Shown here one piece after another: positions 13,694 to 26,891 of a stretch of 64,000 nucleotides of DNA. This DNA comes from Somniosus microcephalus (Eukaryota). The stretch is taken from the NCBI GenBank assembly GCA_052327205.1, contig CM126206.1, positions 205,158,001 to 205,222,000 on the forward strand. The letters run 5' to 3'. Both the position numbers and the translations under genes were made by a program. Positions within the stretch are counted from its first letter, which is position 1; each line of letters starts with the position of its first letter. The notes beneath the pieces were generated by a model. That model ran no database searches and was not told the origin of the DNA. It saw nothing but the letters and a program-made list of their open reading frames with translations.

Positions 13694-14177
13694 TAGTTGA
13701 AGTCAAAAATCAGTGTTGGCCAAGAAAAATCGCTGACTAGCCACAGGCGTTGCTATGGCAACACAATTTTAGCATCATGCAATAATTTTAGTAAAAATAC
13801 AAGGTAAATGTACTTCACAAAGTGCACATTTACTTAAACATCTATCACCATTCAGTGCAAGTTTTTCTCTTTCACCAAAGTTTGGAATTCTGGCATGAAT
13901 TTATCAGACACAGCACGTCTTAGTGCAACTTCTAGATTTTTGTCCAGCAGTTTTGAGCGGTACTTTGACTTCATCAGGGTGATTGCTGAGGGTGTTGATT
14001 CACACAACAAAATGTGCCAGACCATGCCTTTGCCATTACGTGCCCTGTTGGAGCTATTTCTTATGGGTCGGGCTTATTTTCTTCTGCTGGCCTGGAGTGG
14101 TTATTCCAACTGGCCAGGCTGACCATAAGGGCAGCTTGCCTCTCCAGACAATGTTGCTGGTCTTTCCATGGTGCTGA

Positions 14178-16345
14178 AACATAGAAGATAGGAGCAGGAG
14201 TAGGCCATTCGGCCCCTCGAGCCTGCTCCGCCATTCAATGCGATCATGGCTGATCATCCAAATTCAGTACCCGGTCCCTGCTTTCTCCCCATACCCCTTG
14301 ATCCCTTTAGCCGTAAGAAATATATCAAACTCCTTCTTGAATATATTTAATGTATTGGTCTCTACTGCCTTCTGTGGTAGAGAATTCCACAGGTTCACCA
14401 CTCTCTGGGTGAAGAAATTCCTCCTCATTTCTGTCCTAAATGGCCTACTCCTTATCCTTAGACTGTGACCTCTGGTTCTGGACTCTTCGACGAGGGAAAT
14501 ATCCTTCCTGCATCTAGTCTGTCCAGTCCTGTCAGAATTTTATAAGTTTCAATGAGATCCCCTCTCATTCTTCTAAACTCCAGCGAGTACAAGCCCAATC
14601 GACCCAATCTCTCCTCATACATCATTCCTGCCATCCCAGGTATCAGCCTGGTGAATCTTCGCTGAACTTCTTCCATGGCAAGAACATCCTTCCTCAGATA
14701 AGGTGACCAAAACTGCACACAATACTCAAGATGTGGTCTCACCAAGGCCCTGTACAACTGCAGCAAGACATCCTTGTTCCTGTACTCAAACCCTCTCGCT
14801 ACGAAGGCCAACATACCATTTGCCTTCTTAACCGCCTGCTGCACCTGCATGCTTACCTTCAGCGACTGGTGCACAAGGACACCCAGGTCTCGTTGCACTT
14901 CCCCTTCTCCTAATCTACTGCCATTCAGATAATAATCTGCCTTCCTGTTTTTGCCACCAAAGTGGATAACCTCACATTTATCCACGTTATATTGCATCTG
15001 CCATGCTTCTGCCCAATCACCCAACCTGTCCAAATCATCCTGTAGTTTCTCCGCATCCTCCTCACAGCACACACGCCCACCCAGCTTTGTGTCGTCTGCA
15101 AATTTGGAGATATTACATCTAGTTCCCTTGTCTAGATCATTAATATATATTGTGAATAGCTGGGGTCCAAGGACCGATCCCTGCGGTACCCAACTAGTCA
15201 CTGCCTGCCACTCTGAAAAAGACCCGTTTATTCCAACTCTTTGCTTTCTGTCTGCCAACCAGTTCTCTATCCAAGTCAATACCTTGCCCCCAATCCCATG
15301 TGCCTTAACTTTACATGCTAATCTCTTATGCGGGACCTTATTGAAAGCCATCTGAAAGTCCAAATACACCACATCCACTGGTTCTCTCTTATCTATTTTT
15401 ACCTGTTGCATCCTCAAAAAATCCCAGTAGATTAGTCAAGCACGATTTACCTTTTGTAAATCCATGTTGACTTTGTCCGATCCTGTCACTGTTTTCCAAG
15501 TGCTCTGCTATTACATCTTTTATAATGGACTCTAGCATTTTCCCCACTACCGATGTCAGGCTTACCAGTCTGTAATTATCAGTTTTCTCTCTACCACCTT
15601 TTTTGAATAGTAGGGTAACATTGGCTACCCTCCAATCCATGGGTACTGTTCCAGATTCCATCGAATGTTGGAAGATGATCAGCAATGCATCTACTATTTC
15701 TAGGGCCACTTCCTTAAGTACCCTAGGATGTAGATCATCAGGCCCTGGGGATTTATCAGCTTTCAATCCCGTCATTTCCCTACAAACACTGATTTCTTTC
15801 AGTTCCTCCCTTTCATCAGACCTTATGTTCCCTGACATCTCTGTGAGGTTATTTGTGTCCTCCTTTGTGAAGACAGAACCAAAATATGTATTTAATTGGT
15901 GCGCCATTTCTTTGTTCCCCATTATAAATTCCCCTGATTCTGACTGCAAGGGACCTACACTTGACTTCACCAATCTTTTTCTCTTCACATATCTATAAAA
16001 GCTTTTACAGTCAGTTTTTATGTTCCCTGCTAGCTTACTCTCATATTCTATTTTCCCTTTCTTAATTAATCCCTTTGTCCTCCTTTGTTGAATCCTAAAC
16101 TGCTCCCAATCTTCAGGTTTACTGCTTTTTCTGGCCAATTTATATGTCCTCTCCTTGGATCTTATGCTATCCCTAATTTCCCTTGTTAGCCACGGTTGAG
16201 TCACCTTTTTTGTTTTATTTTTATGCCAAACTGGGATGAATAAATTCTGTAGTTCATCCATGCGGTCTTTGAATGTTTGCCATTGCCTATCCACCGTCAA
16301 CCCTTTGAGTGACATTCCCCAATCAATCCTACCCAACTTGCGCCT
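14178..16345 (-). mobile_element. CR1 LINE, 5'-truncated ORF2 (RT) pseudogene
   Basis: ORFs 15389-16381 and 14458-15417: [23 protein letters not shown]. Same family as the CR1 at 30557-57463. Confidence 0.92.
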
Positions 16346-17479
16346 CTGAAGTCTGGCTTTTTCACCCGTGTTACACACCATTTTAGCAGATACCCATTAA
16401 CCAAGGAAGTAAAGCACACACAATGACCAAAATGCATTCAGACACTTTGCCTTTTCTCTTACCATTTTACCAACAAACACACAAAAAGGTTAAAGTTTAC
16501 ACTCATACACTATGCAAATGAGTATTGAGATTTCATGCTCAACGATAGTGTCCGTTACTCATTTTTTATTTACTAATCAAAAATGCAATTAGTCACATCA
16601 TGCTGGCACTTTTTCCACCCACCAGTTAATGCTGGCACTCTCCTTCCTCCCCCAACCCAAAGTGCTCCTGCTTCTGAAACCAAAGCAACCTCTCCCCTTC
16701 ACTGCCATTCATTTCTCTCTTCCCTCTATTACCATCCACTTATCCCCTTCATTGCCATCGATTGCCTTTCCTTTCCTCTTCACAGCCATCCACTCCCTGC
16801 TTTCACTACCATCCATTTCCCCCCTTATAATGTACTCTGTCCCTGTCCTCTTGCATTCCATCTCTACTTTTCCCTCACTATGCATTCTCCCACCTCCCAT
16901 TAGAATCTATTTCTTCTCCTCACTCCCTCCCCTGCTGCTTGCTCCAGAGTCTAGTGGCCAAAGCATGCTTCTAGCACTAATAGCCTAGATTTCTGCCTCC
17001 TGAATAGGAAGGATGATAATTGGGACCAGTGGTATTGGAAGCAAGCATACAAAGGGAGTGGGTCTGTCTGGTGCATTAGCCACTGGACTTGGGAGGAGCA
17101 GAACGAAGGGAATAGAGAGTTTGCACTGTCTGCTGATTTCAGCCCACACATGTGGACAGTGCAAACAGGGACTCCAAATGCTCAATAGCTGCATAACAAA
17201 CATATGATTGGTATGTATATAGAGCTGGTGCTCAGTAATTATAGCTCTCCTATTTTTGGAAGGATAATACGGCTGCTTTGTGTGTGTTTCCTTTAAGTGT
17301 ATGGATAAGAAATTATGGCTGATTGGGTATACGTCAGTGTTTGTTGCAGAAAACAAATTCTTATACACAAGTTGTTTATAGTGGGTTAGAAGAAAATAAC
17401 ACACAATAGTTTAGATGTCAAACCACAAGTGCAAAGTTCATACAACATGGAGTCACAATATCATTTGAGTAAGCATCTC

Positions 17480-17610
17480 CATTCCCAATGGCTCAGTTAG
17501 CAAACGCAGTGTGGAACAGCCATACAGAACAGAAGGTCTTGATTCAATTTCCAATCTCTGTCAAGTTAGCTGATCTTATTCAGGGAGGAAGGGAAGTTAA
17601 CTCAATGACC
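17480..17610 (+). mobile_element. Degenerate tRNA-derived SINE head
   Basis: A-box-like TGGCTCAGTTAG and weak B-box-like GATTCAAT; a similar decayed copy lies near 21750-21900. Confidence 0.4.
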
Positions 17611-18021
17611 TGGCTTATGTATGGAAAATGGCTAAGTGGACAAGGTACTGAAGATGACCTCATCTGTGGAACTGTACCCAATACACCAGTAGAAGTTAAT
17701 ACCTTCAGATAAGGAGGTGGGGTTGGGGGGGCAAGGAAGAGGAAAATAAAAGCTAGTATAAATTTCTACATTACTGCAACACAAGGGATGTGGCAAGATC
17801 CTTTCTTGCAATACACACTAGACCACTAGAGGGTAGAATTGGATAAATATTGAACTCAATCTGTTTTTTTGTTGCTGTTAATCCATCTGTATTTCACACA
17901 GTCTTTTTTGCATACATTCACAAAATGTAATTCATTCAAAAATGGAAGATCAATAGAACATTTAAAGATTGCAGATGTGCACCCCTTGATTAGAACCAAA
18001 ATCATACATATAAAATATATA

Positions 18022-18170
18022 GGGGTAGAAATTTGTTTTGGACGGTAGTGCAAAATGGGCAGTATCGCACGGGCCACCAGTTATATAGAAGGCAATGGAA
18101 CTGAATATCGGGCGGGTTGTATGAGTGGTCTGCCCATGTTACACTACCGGCCAAAACAAATTTCTACCCC
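18022..18170. mobile_element. Palindromic PIF/Harbinger-type MITE
   Basis: TIRs GGGGTAGAAATTTGTTTTGG / CCAAAACAAATTTCTACCCC; 3-bp ATA flanks both ends. Confidence 0.85.
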
Positions 18171-18402
18171 ATAGTGTGTATATATAATGTAAGTTTTAAA
18201 TTCAATTAGAATTGTCCCAGTGGGATCAGAAGGCTTCAACCATCCAGTGATATTTGTAGTGCTCCTTTGCCTCCATTATGTCATCTAATTAATTATAACC
18301 ATATGATAAATAAACTGTTCAAGTTTCTATAAACTGGCAAATTTTAAAATTATCTTAAAACATTTTGTAAATTTTAAAGACACTTTCATTCCCTTGTCCA
18401 AA

Positions 18403-20971
18403 ACATAAGAACATAAGAAATAGGAGCAGGAGTAGGCCAATCGGCCCCTCGAGCCTGCTCCACCATTCAATAAGATCATGGCTGATCTGATCCTAACCTC
18501 AAATCTACTATCACTCTACATCCCACCCAAACCCATGTGATCTCCCGGGAGAGGCGGAAAACCAGATAAAAAAACCCAATGGCCAATTTGGGAGAAAAAA
18601 TCTGGGAAATTCCTCTCCGACCCATCTAGGCGATCGAAACTTGTCCATGAGATCACTCTGTCCCTATATTTTCTACAGTACTTACCTTCTGTAAAGGCGA
18701 TCTCCAACCCAGCCAGGAACATGAATAAAACCATCTCCTGAAATCTAACACAGAATTAGAACACAAGAAGTAGGAGCAGAACCAGGCTACACGGCCCCTG
18801 GGCCCGCTCCACTACCCACAGGGCCACGACCATTCCGAACCTAGACTCATGTCCAATTTCCTGCCCGCTCCCCGTAACCCTTAATTCCCTTTACTTCTAG
18901 GAAACTATCTATTTCTGTTTTAAATTTATTTAATGATGTAGCTTCCACAGCTTTCTGGGGCAGCAAATTCCACAAACCTACCACCCTCTGAGTGAAGAAG
19001 TTTCTCCTCATCTCAGTTTTGAAAGAGCAGCCCCTTATTCTAAGACTATGCCCCCTAGTTCTAGTTTCACCCATCATTGGGAACATCCTCACCGCATCCA
19101 CCCGATCAAGCCCCTTCACAATCTTATATGTTTCAATAAGATCGCCTCTCATTCTTCTGAACTCCAATGAGTAGAGTCCCAATCTACTCAACCTCTCCTC
19201 ATATGACCACCCCCTCATCCCCGGGATTAACCGAGTGAACCTTCTTTGTACTGACTCGAGAGCAAGTATGTCTTTTCTTAAGTATGGACACCAAAACTGT
19301 ATGCAGTATTCCAGGTGCGGTCTCACCGCATATACCTGTATACCTGCAGCAATACCTCCCTGTTTTTATATTCTATCCCCCTAACAATAAAAGCCAACAT
19401 TCCATTGGCCTTCTTGATCACTTGCTGCACCTGCATACTAACCTTTTGAGTTTCGTGCACCAGGACCCCCAGATCCCTTTGTACTACAGTACTTTCCAGT
19501 TTCTTGCCATTAAGATAATAACTTGCTCTATGATTTTTCCTGCCAAAGTGCATAACCTCACACTTTCCAGTATTGTATTCCATCTGCCAAATCTCTGCCC
19601 ACTTACTTAGCCTGTCTATGTCACTTTGCAGGTTTTTTATGTCCTCCTCACTCACTACTTTCCCTCCCATCTTTGTATCATCTGCAAACTTTGATATGTT
19701 ACACTCGGTCCCCTCCTCCAAATCGTTAATATAGATTGTAAAGAGTTGGGGACCCAGCACTGACCCCTGCGGAACACCACTAGTTACCGATTGCCAGTCT
19801 GAGAATGAACCATTTATCCCAACTCTCTGCTTTCTGTTAGAGAGCCAATCCTCCACCCACGCCAGAATATTACCCCCAATCCCGTGATTTTTTTATCTTG
19901 AACAATAATCTTGTGTGGCACCTTGTCAAATGCCTTTTAGAAGTCTAAATACACTATGTCCACTGGTTCTCCTTTATCCACCCTGTATGTTACTTCCTCA
20001 AAGAACTCAAGCAAATTTGTCAAACATGACTTCCCCTTCATGAAACCATGCTGAGTTTGTCCTATTAAATTATGTTTATCCCAATGTCCCGTTACTGTCT
20101 CCTTAATAATGGACTCCAACATTTTACCAACCATAGATGTTAGGCTAACAGGTCTATAGTTTCCAGCCTTCTGCCTACTACCCTTTTTAAATAAGGGTGT
20201 TACATTAGCAGTTTTCCAATCTGCCGGGACCTTTGCTGAGTGCAGGGAGTTTTGGAAAATTATTACCAATGCATCCACAATCCCTACCGCCACTTCCCTC
20301 AAGACCCTAGGATGTAAGCCATCAGGTCCAGGGGATTTATCCAGCTTGAGTCCCATTATTTTACCAAGTACCACTTCCTTAGTGATTTTAATCGTGTTTA
20401 GCTCCTCCCCCCCCCCCCCCATAGCCCCGTTTGTCCAGTGTTGGGATATTCTTAGTGTCCTCTACCGTAAAGACTGATACAAAATATTTGTTCAGCGTTT
20501 TTGCCATCTCCATGTTTCCCACCATTAATTTCCCGGTCTCATCCTCCAAGGGACCAACATTTACTTTAGCCACCCTTTTTCTTTTTATATAACTATAAAA
20601 ACTCTTACTATCTGTTTTTATATTTTTTGCTAATTTACTTTCATAATCTATCTTCCCTTTCTTAATCAATCTTTTTGTTATTTTTTGCTGTCTTTTAAAG
20701 ACTTCCCAATCTTCGATCCTCCCGCTAGATTTGGCTACCTTATATGCCCTTGTTTTTAGTCGGATACTATCCTTAATTACTTTACTTAGCCACGGATGGC
20801 TATCTTTTCTTTTACACCCTTTTTTCCTCAGTGGAATATATATTTTTTGGAAGTTGTAAAATAACTCCTTAAATGTACACCACTGATCATGTACCGTCTT
20901 ACCCTTTAATCTATTTTCCCAGTCCACTCTAATCAATTCTGCTCTCATACCTTCATAGTCTCCTTTATTCA
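18403..20971 (-). mobile_element. CR1 LINE, 5'-truncated ORF2 pseudogene
   Basis: Frameshifted ORFs 20388-21050, 19937-20422, 19323-19856 and 18847-19326 with RT motifs; (ATAAGAAC)n tail. Confidence 0.92.
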
Positions 20972-22206
20972 AAAGTCTTAGGAAAGAAGGAAAAAAAAAC
21001 TCAAGCTGCCCTAATGGCCCCACTGGTAAATGGACAGTCAAATGTGACATTGAGCTATGGAGAAGAGCTAAATCCTAAACCCGATCTCCAATCCATGCAG
21101 AGTTTACTGACTTGAGGCACCAAGATCTCACTCCCAATCACTGTTCAGTGATTGCTAGAGAATACGATTGGACAAGGGGTGGGGCAGAAACTGGCTCAGC
21201 TCTGATGCCCCTTATGGTCAAATACTCATGGTCTAGCCTCACTTGGGCAAAATATCGGCGAGCAGCCAGCTTCTATAGCACCCAAGCAGGAGTCGGTGTC
21301 TTTCAAAGAAAGAAGATTGGACCTGGGGGCGGGGGGGGGGGGGGCAGGGAAGGGGGGGGATGTCAAGAGAAAAAGAACTTCATCAGTGACTATTAGCAAC
21401 TACTTCAGTGTTAGTCAACATCCTTACCAGCTTTAGAACGTTTACATCCTGACCCCTCTTAATCTCAAATTGCAGTTAGCTATGGGTGAAACGTAATCTG
21501 ACAACACACACCAAAACCGCAATAGAAGACGTAGATGTAGGCGTCGGCATAAACCACCCCTACCCCACCCCTTCAGGGCCTGTGGTTTGGGAGCGACAAG
21601 CTGTGATGACCAGCTCGGGATGGTGTGATTTGTTACAATCAGAAACTTTAAACAAAAAAAAAATCAAGAGTCCAGTTACTGATTTATACACAAACACACA
21701 CACACCCAATGTAGGAAATGCATTTATCAGGCAAAATGATGGACCATACTCCTATTAGCATGTCTTCGTGGTCAATTTACAACGATGTATTACTCAGCCA
21801 CACAGACCAGAAAGTTCTTTGTTTCAAATGTTGTTCTAGGTGGAGTTAACTGATCGTAGCTCAGATATTAACAAGGGGCTGCAGCGTCCTCTAGTGGGGT
21901 GGGGAGGAAGAAAAAGAGTGGAGATAACAGCTAAGGTTACTACTACTGTACTTATTGCTGTCCAGTGGCCTTCGTTGTAAAATGTGTGCATGTGGAGTTC
22001 CAGTGACTGAGCTGACTTGTGAGGTCCCGCAGTCTATTAGACTGACACTCCCTGTCTATGGAGGATGCATGAAGAATGGTCCCTTGGATAAACTCCAGGA
22101 ACTGTGCTAGTAGCCGTGGAACTACACGCCCAACATGAACCAATGCCTTTAGGAGAGGATTGGTCAGGAAAGAAATTTTGGAAAGGAAAAAAACACACAT
22201 ACATAC

Positions 22207-22337
22207 CTCTTCAACCAAAGGAGTGCCTCAGTTGCAGAGTTTCTAACTGTAGCCACATCGGTTTCCAATTCATAAAGTACTATCTTCTGAAGGGTAGTGA
22301 ACCTTATGGAATCAGTGATGTATTTCTGATTTATTTT
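22207..22337 (-). CDS. PLEKHA8: PLEKHA8 exon (KINQKYIT...RNSATEALLWLKR)
   Basis: GLTP signature SATEALLWLKR; ttcag acceptor, gtatgt donor; 131 nt. Confidence 0.95.
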
Positions 22338-22491
22338 CTGAAAGTAGAATACTTTTTTTGCAACCATGATCGAAGGATTGAACTTGATTTTAAAAAGCAC
22401 ATAAAACCTAAATATCCAGTTTTATTACAAGTAATCACAGACTAACAGTAAATTAATGACATCTAGAGTAACAGAATAATGAACAACTTAC

Positions 22492-22550
22492 CTTAATATT
22501 ACCCACAAAATCTAATTTAACAGGAGCAAAGACTGTTGGACCAAGTTTAT
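22492..22550 (-). CDS. PLEKHA8: PLEKHA8 exon (DKLGPTVFAPVKLDFVGNIK)
   Basis: GLTP motif FAPVK.D..GNI; tcacag acceptor, gtaagt donor; 59 nt. Confidence 0.95.
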
Positions 22551-24559
22551 CTGTGAGGGGAAAAGTGACATAAGGTCAGTATAGAATACTGAAACTGTTA
22601 AATTGTGATCTGTTACAGAAACTAGAGATAAAAATGAAATTTGTTCAATTCATAGACTCTCGCAGCAGCCCATCTAACCTTGTGACTTGAAAAGAATTAA
22701 GGAAGTTCATGAAGTATTTGTTTAAAAATTAAAGTAGCTGAGGCATTGAAAGTAATTACACTGACAGAATTGCCTCCTTTAAGAAAGTGATACATTTTGA
22801 AGTAGCAAAATCACCATCACGACCACACTGCAGATTTAAAAATCTATCAGTGGCATCAAAAAAGCGCAGTAACGTGATTTTAATAACGGTTTCAACATGG
22901 TTTGTGTTGATGACCTAAAGATAAGAGAAGATTTTCCTGGGTTGGTGTCCAGGAACTCCTGGGTGCAGCGAGTATTGGAAAATCAGGTGGGTCACAGCGC
23001 ATGCCTGTAAAGGAACATGTCTGATAGTCCTCCTTGGATACAAATGGGGGAAATTTGGACTGGTTCCTTTACAGGTGTAGGCTCCGACCCAGCCATTTTC
23101 CACTTTTCACTATGCTTGGGCGGTCTGGTACGCCTGGCCACAGACCCAGGAAAATTTCTGTTAAAGGGATCAATGTCAAGGTTTTGCTTTCTTCCCTCAC
23201 AGTACCGCCAATCAAACCATCCTCCACCTTCAAGAAAGTGAAAACCTCGACTCACTGAACATCTGGTCAGCAGAATAAATGCTCCTGTAGTTTGACAGAT
23301 AGCCATTATTCCCCAAAGTGGAAATAGGTATCATGAAACAATGAGGCTCATTAGTGTACGATGGTAATCAGGTGGGAGTGTTGGTTCACTGCCTAGCTAC
23401 ACTATTAGCTCACTCCATACAGTACTTTGTTTTTCAAAAATAAAACATAATAGACTAGAACTGGGGGCGGTGGGGGTGCGGTGTTGCTGAGCAGTTGTTC
23501 CAACAGAAAGAGAAATACTATCAATTACCTCAGCATGCCTTTAGTAAACTTGTGAGGTAATCAGCAGACAGGAAAAAAACTTCCAACTTCCACATTATTT
23601 GAGCAAAAATAAAAGATGGAGTTGTGGGTTAGCACAATGTCCATTCATCTCTGGAAATTTAACTAGAATTAAACCCAGATTGATGGGAAGAATGTAATCT
23701 CTCTACCAGCTACCTGGGGTTTTAGCAGTCTCAATCAAGTTCTCAGTGGGACCACAGCCCGAAATAAATGCGAGACATTCATACTTTGAGATACATTCCC
23801 ATCGGGAATTTCCCTTAATTTCATTTCCCATTACATACTATCTCATAGAATTACAGATAGAATTACATCTCATGTCCATTCTGTCAGCTGACTCAACCTA
23901 CGTGACTCAACTTGTTGCCACATTTTGAGCACATGGAGCACTTAGTGTTTAATAAATAGTACATGCCAGCACTTGGGTAGATTGCAAAGTGCTGACTCAT
24001 TATCAACTGTTCCTTTCCATTCAAGGCAGTATAGAGCAAGGAGCAAATAAAGCCAAAGAGTCTCTTTTTCTTAAGAATTAACTGACAATTTAGAGTTAGT
24101 TTCTCTCTGAATTGGTGGGAAAAACTGGGAGGGATAAGAAAATGAGAAGGAAGCAGCATTGCAAAAACAGAGTTTTGTCTACCGGGCTTTTTTTGACAGA
24201 CACCAAGGGGTAGATTATCATTCAATGTAATCTGGGTTTGGGGAGAGGAGAGAATAAAACAAAACATAATTGAGCCAGGCATCTTTCTACTGTCACCTTG
24301 GCACCAATTCTGTGATTTCCCGCAGGAAGTGACGTCATGAATATAATGTGTCACCTTAAGCGACACAATGTTTTTAATGCACCATATAAGATGCAATTGA
24401 TGGGATATTATACAACACATTTCCCACCATCTGTGCTTTAGTAACTCTAAGGAGCTTGGTGTAGAGCATAAACACCAGCATAGACCAGCTGGGCTGAATG
24501 GCTCGTTTCGTTTCTGTGCTTTAAATTCTATGTAATTCTGGCATCCAGCCTTTTTTTCC

Positions 24560-25290
24560 ATTCATTCATGGGATGTGGGTGTCGCTGGCAAGGCCAGCAT
24601 TATTGCCCATCCCTAATTGCCCTTGAGAAGGTGGTGCTGAGCCGCCTTCTTGAACCGCTGCAGTCCACGTGGTGTAGGTGCTCCCACAGTGCTGTTAGGG
24701 AGGGAGTTCCAGGATTTTGATCCAGCAACAGTGAAGGAACGGTGATACATTTCCAAGTCAGGATGGTGTGTGATTTGGAGGGGAACTTGCAGTTGATGTG
24801 TTCCCATGCGCCTGCTGCCCTTGTCCTTCTAGGTGGTAGAGGTCATGGGTTTCGGAGGTGCTGTCGAAGAAGCCTTGGCGAGTTGCTGCAGTGCATTTTG
24901 TAGATGGTACACACTGCAGCCACGGTGCGCTGGTGGAGGGAGTGAATGTATAAGGTGGTGGATGGGGTGCCAATCAAGTGGCCTGCTTCATCTTGGATGG
25001 TGCTGAGCATCTTGTGTGTTGTTGGAGCTGTACTCATCCAAGCAGGTGGAGACTATTCCATCACACTCCTGACTTATGCCTTGTAGATGGAGGAAAGGCT
25101 TTGGGGAGTCAGGAGGTGAGTCACTCGTCGCAAAATACCCAGCCTCTGACCTGCTCTTGTAGCCACAGTACTAATGTGGCTGGTCCAGTTAAGTTTCTGG
25201 TCATTGGCGATTCCTAGGATGTTGATAGTGGGGGATTCGGCGATGGTAATCCCACGGAGTGTTAAGGGAAGGTGGTTAGACTCTCTTTTG
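24560..25290 (-). mobile_element. LINE 3' fragment (same family as 60040-61450)
   Basis: RT C-terminal remnants (HQRTVAAVCTIYK, SWNSLP, FKKAA). Confidence 0.7.
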
Positions 25291-26046
25291 TTGCCTGGCT
25301 AAGGATTACGGGTGGTGGTGTTAAATTTTAAATGATCGTTTTGACTTGAGCAATGGACTGCATTAGTTAAATCGGAGATTGATGGATATCTGTTAACCAA
25401 AAATATAAAGGGATATGGGGCAAAGTTATATGGAGTTAGGTCGCAGATCAGTCATGATCTCATTGAAAGGCGGAACAGGCTCGAGGGGCTAAATGGCTAC
25501 GTTCTTGTGTTAAAGCAGCAAATTTACAAATTCTAACTTGAGAATTTCTTTATCGTCTTCAGCTAGGACCGCTAATCATGGAAGGTGCTGCAGCAATTTC
25601 CTTCCCCAGCCCACCCGAGATGAGCCCCTTAGTGATGTCATAAATGGCATCTCTAATTATTTAGATGACCTTGATTGCAAGAAATGGGCTGGTGTCAGAA
25701 GTGCAGGAAAGGAAAGACCGGCCACCAAAAATTCACTGCCATTATGGACAATGGAAAATCGGCCCTAAATGTCAATCTGCAAACAGAACTGCAATTCCTT
25801 TTCCTTCCTTATTTTAGACTATTTTTATATTCCTTGAGCTACTACAGGCAATAACATTCCAATATGCATTTCAAGTAAGTTAAAAAGTAAAGCTTATTTC
25901 ACAATGACATTGGGCATTATACGTCGCAAAATAAAAATGCACTACACATTGTGGTCCATGACAGGCTGGTAAAGAGTTCAGAGTTCGAAGCCCATATGTC
26001 CTCTTGGCAGGAAAATGTGGGGAGACGGCAAGAATCACAACACATA

Positions 26047-26891
26047 GGGGTCGATTTTCCCGAAGCTGTCGGGAAGAAGGCGGGACTACAACTTTCGGGT
26101 TTTAGACCCGCCTATATCGACGTCCGGCCAATCCGCGCGATTTTCCCTTGATTGGCCGTGTTGAACCCGCCCAGCGGGCTCAGCAGGCCAATTAAGGGCC
26201 ACCCAGCAACAGGTGACATCATAGACTGCAACTTCATCTGTCAAGAGTTCTAGACAGATGAAATATCAGTGTTTCACAGCTGTTTGAAGCTGCCAAACAC
26301 TGACAGTCTGAGTTCTAACATGAGTCCTTCTGTACAGACTCAGTTAGAACTCTCAGCAGCACTCAAAGCTGAAGGCTGTCACTTTTCACAGATCGCAACC
26401 ATTCAGCTTTAAGTGCCGGCTGAGTGATGCGCTCCCGACGCCTACAAAAAGAAAGGCTGTTAAGGTAAGTACAGGTAAGTAAAAGTTCTTCACACACTTT
26501 AGACACACCAAACATACTTACCTTTGCACTCATGCACCCATCACTCACCTGAACACCGACATCGCGACCCCTCCAAGTCCATCAACCCAACGGCCCGCCT
26601 GCTCGAACCTGGCATGGTTTGGAGCTGTCGGAAACCCACACGAAACCCCTCAAAATAGGGATTAGGCTAAAAACTGCTTGTTAACTACCTGTTAACAGGC
26701 AGTTAATTGGCGCTAATCCCTTTCCACCTCGGGTCGGCGGGTCCCGGTGCAGGGCGGGTACCCGCCGCCTCTGAAACTTGCGTGGAGCGGAGTTTTGGGT
26801 GGGATGGTGTCGGGACCCCCGAATTCGGGATTTCCCCCCCCCACCCCACATGCCTGAAACCCCGCCTGACGGCTCCAGGAAAATCGACCTC
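26047..26891. mobile_element. Non-autonomous Harbinger-type element
   Basis: TIRs GGGGTCGATTTTCC / GGAAAATCGACCTC with GC-rich subterminal regions. Confidence 0.7.

Noticed and set aside
23893-24561. 222-aa minus-strand ORF in the large intron
   Set aside because: No motifs, begins in a CR1 tail remnant, and the PLEKHA8 exons flanking this intron already join in phase without it.
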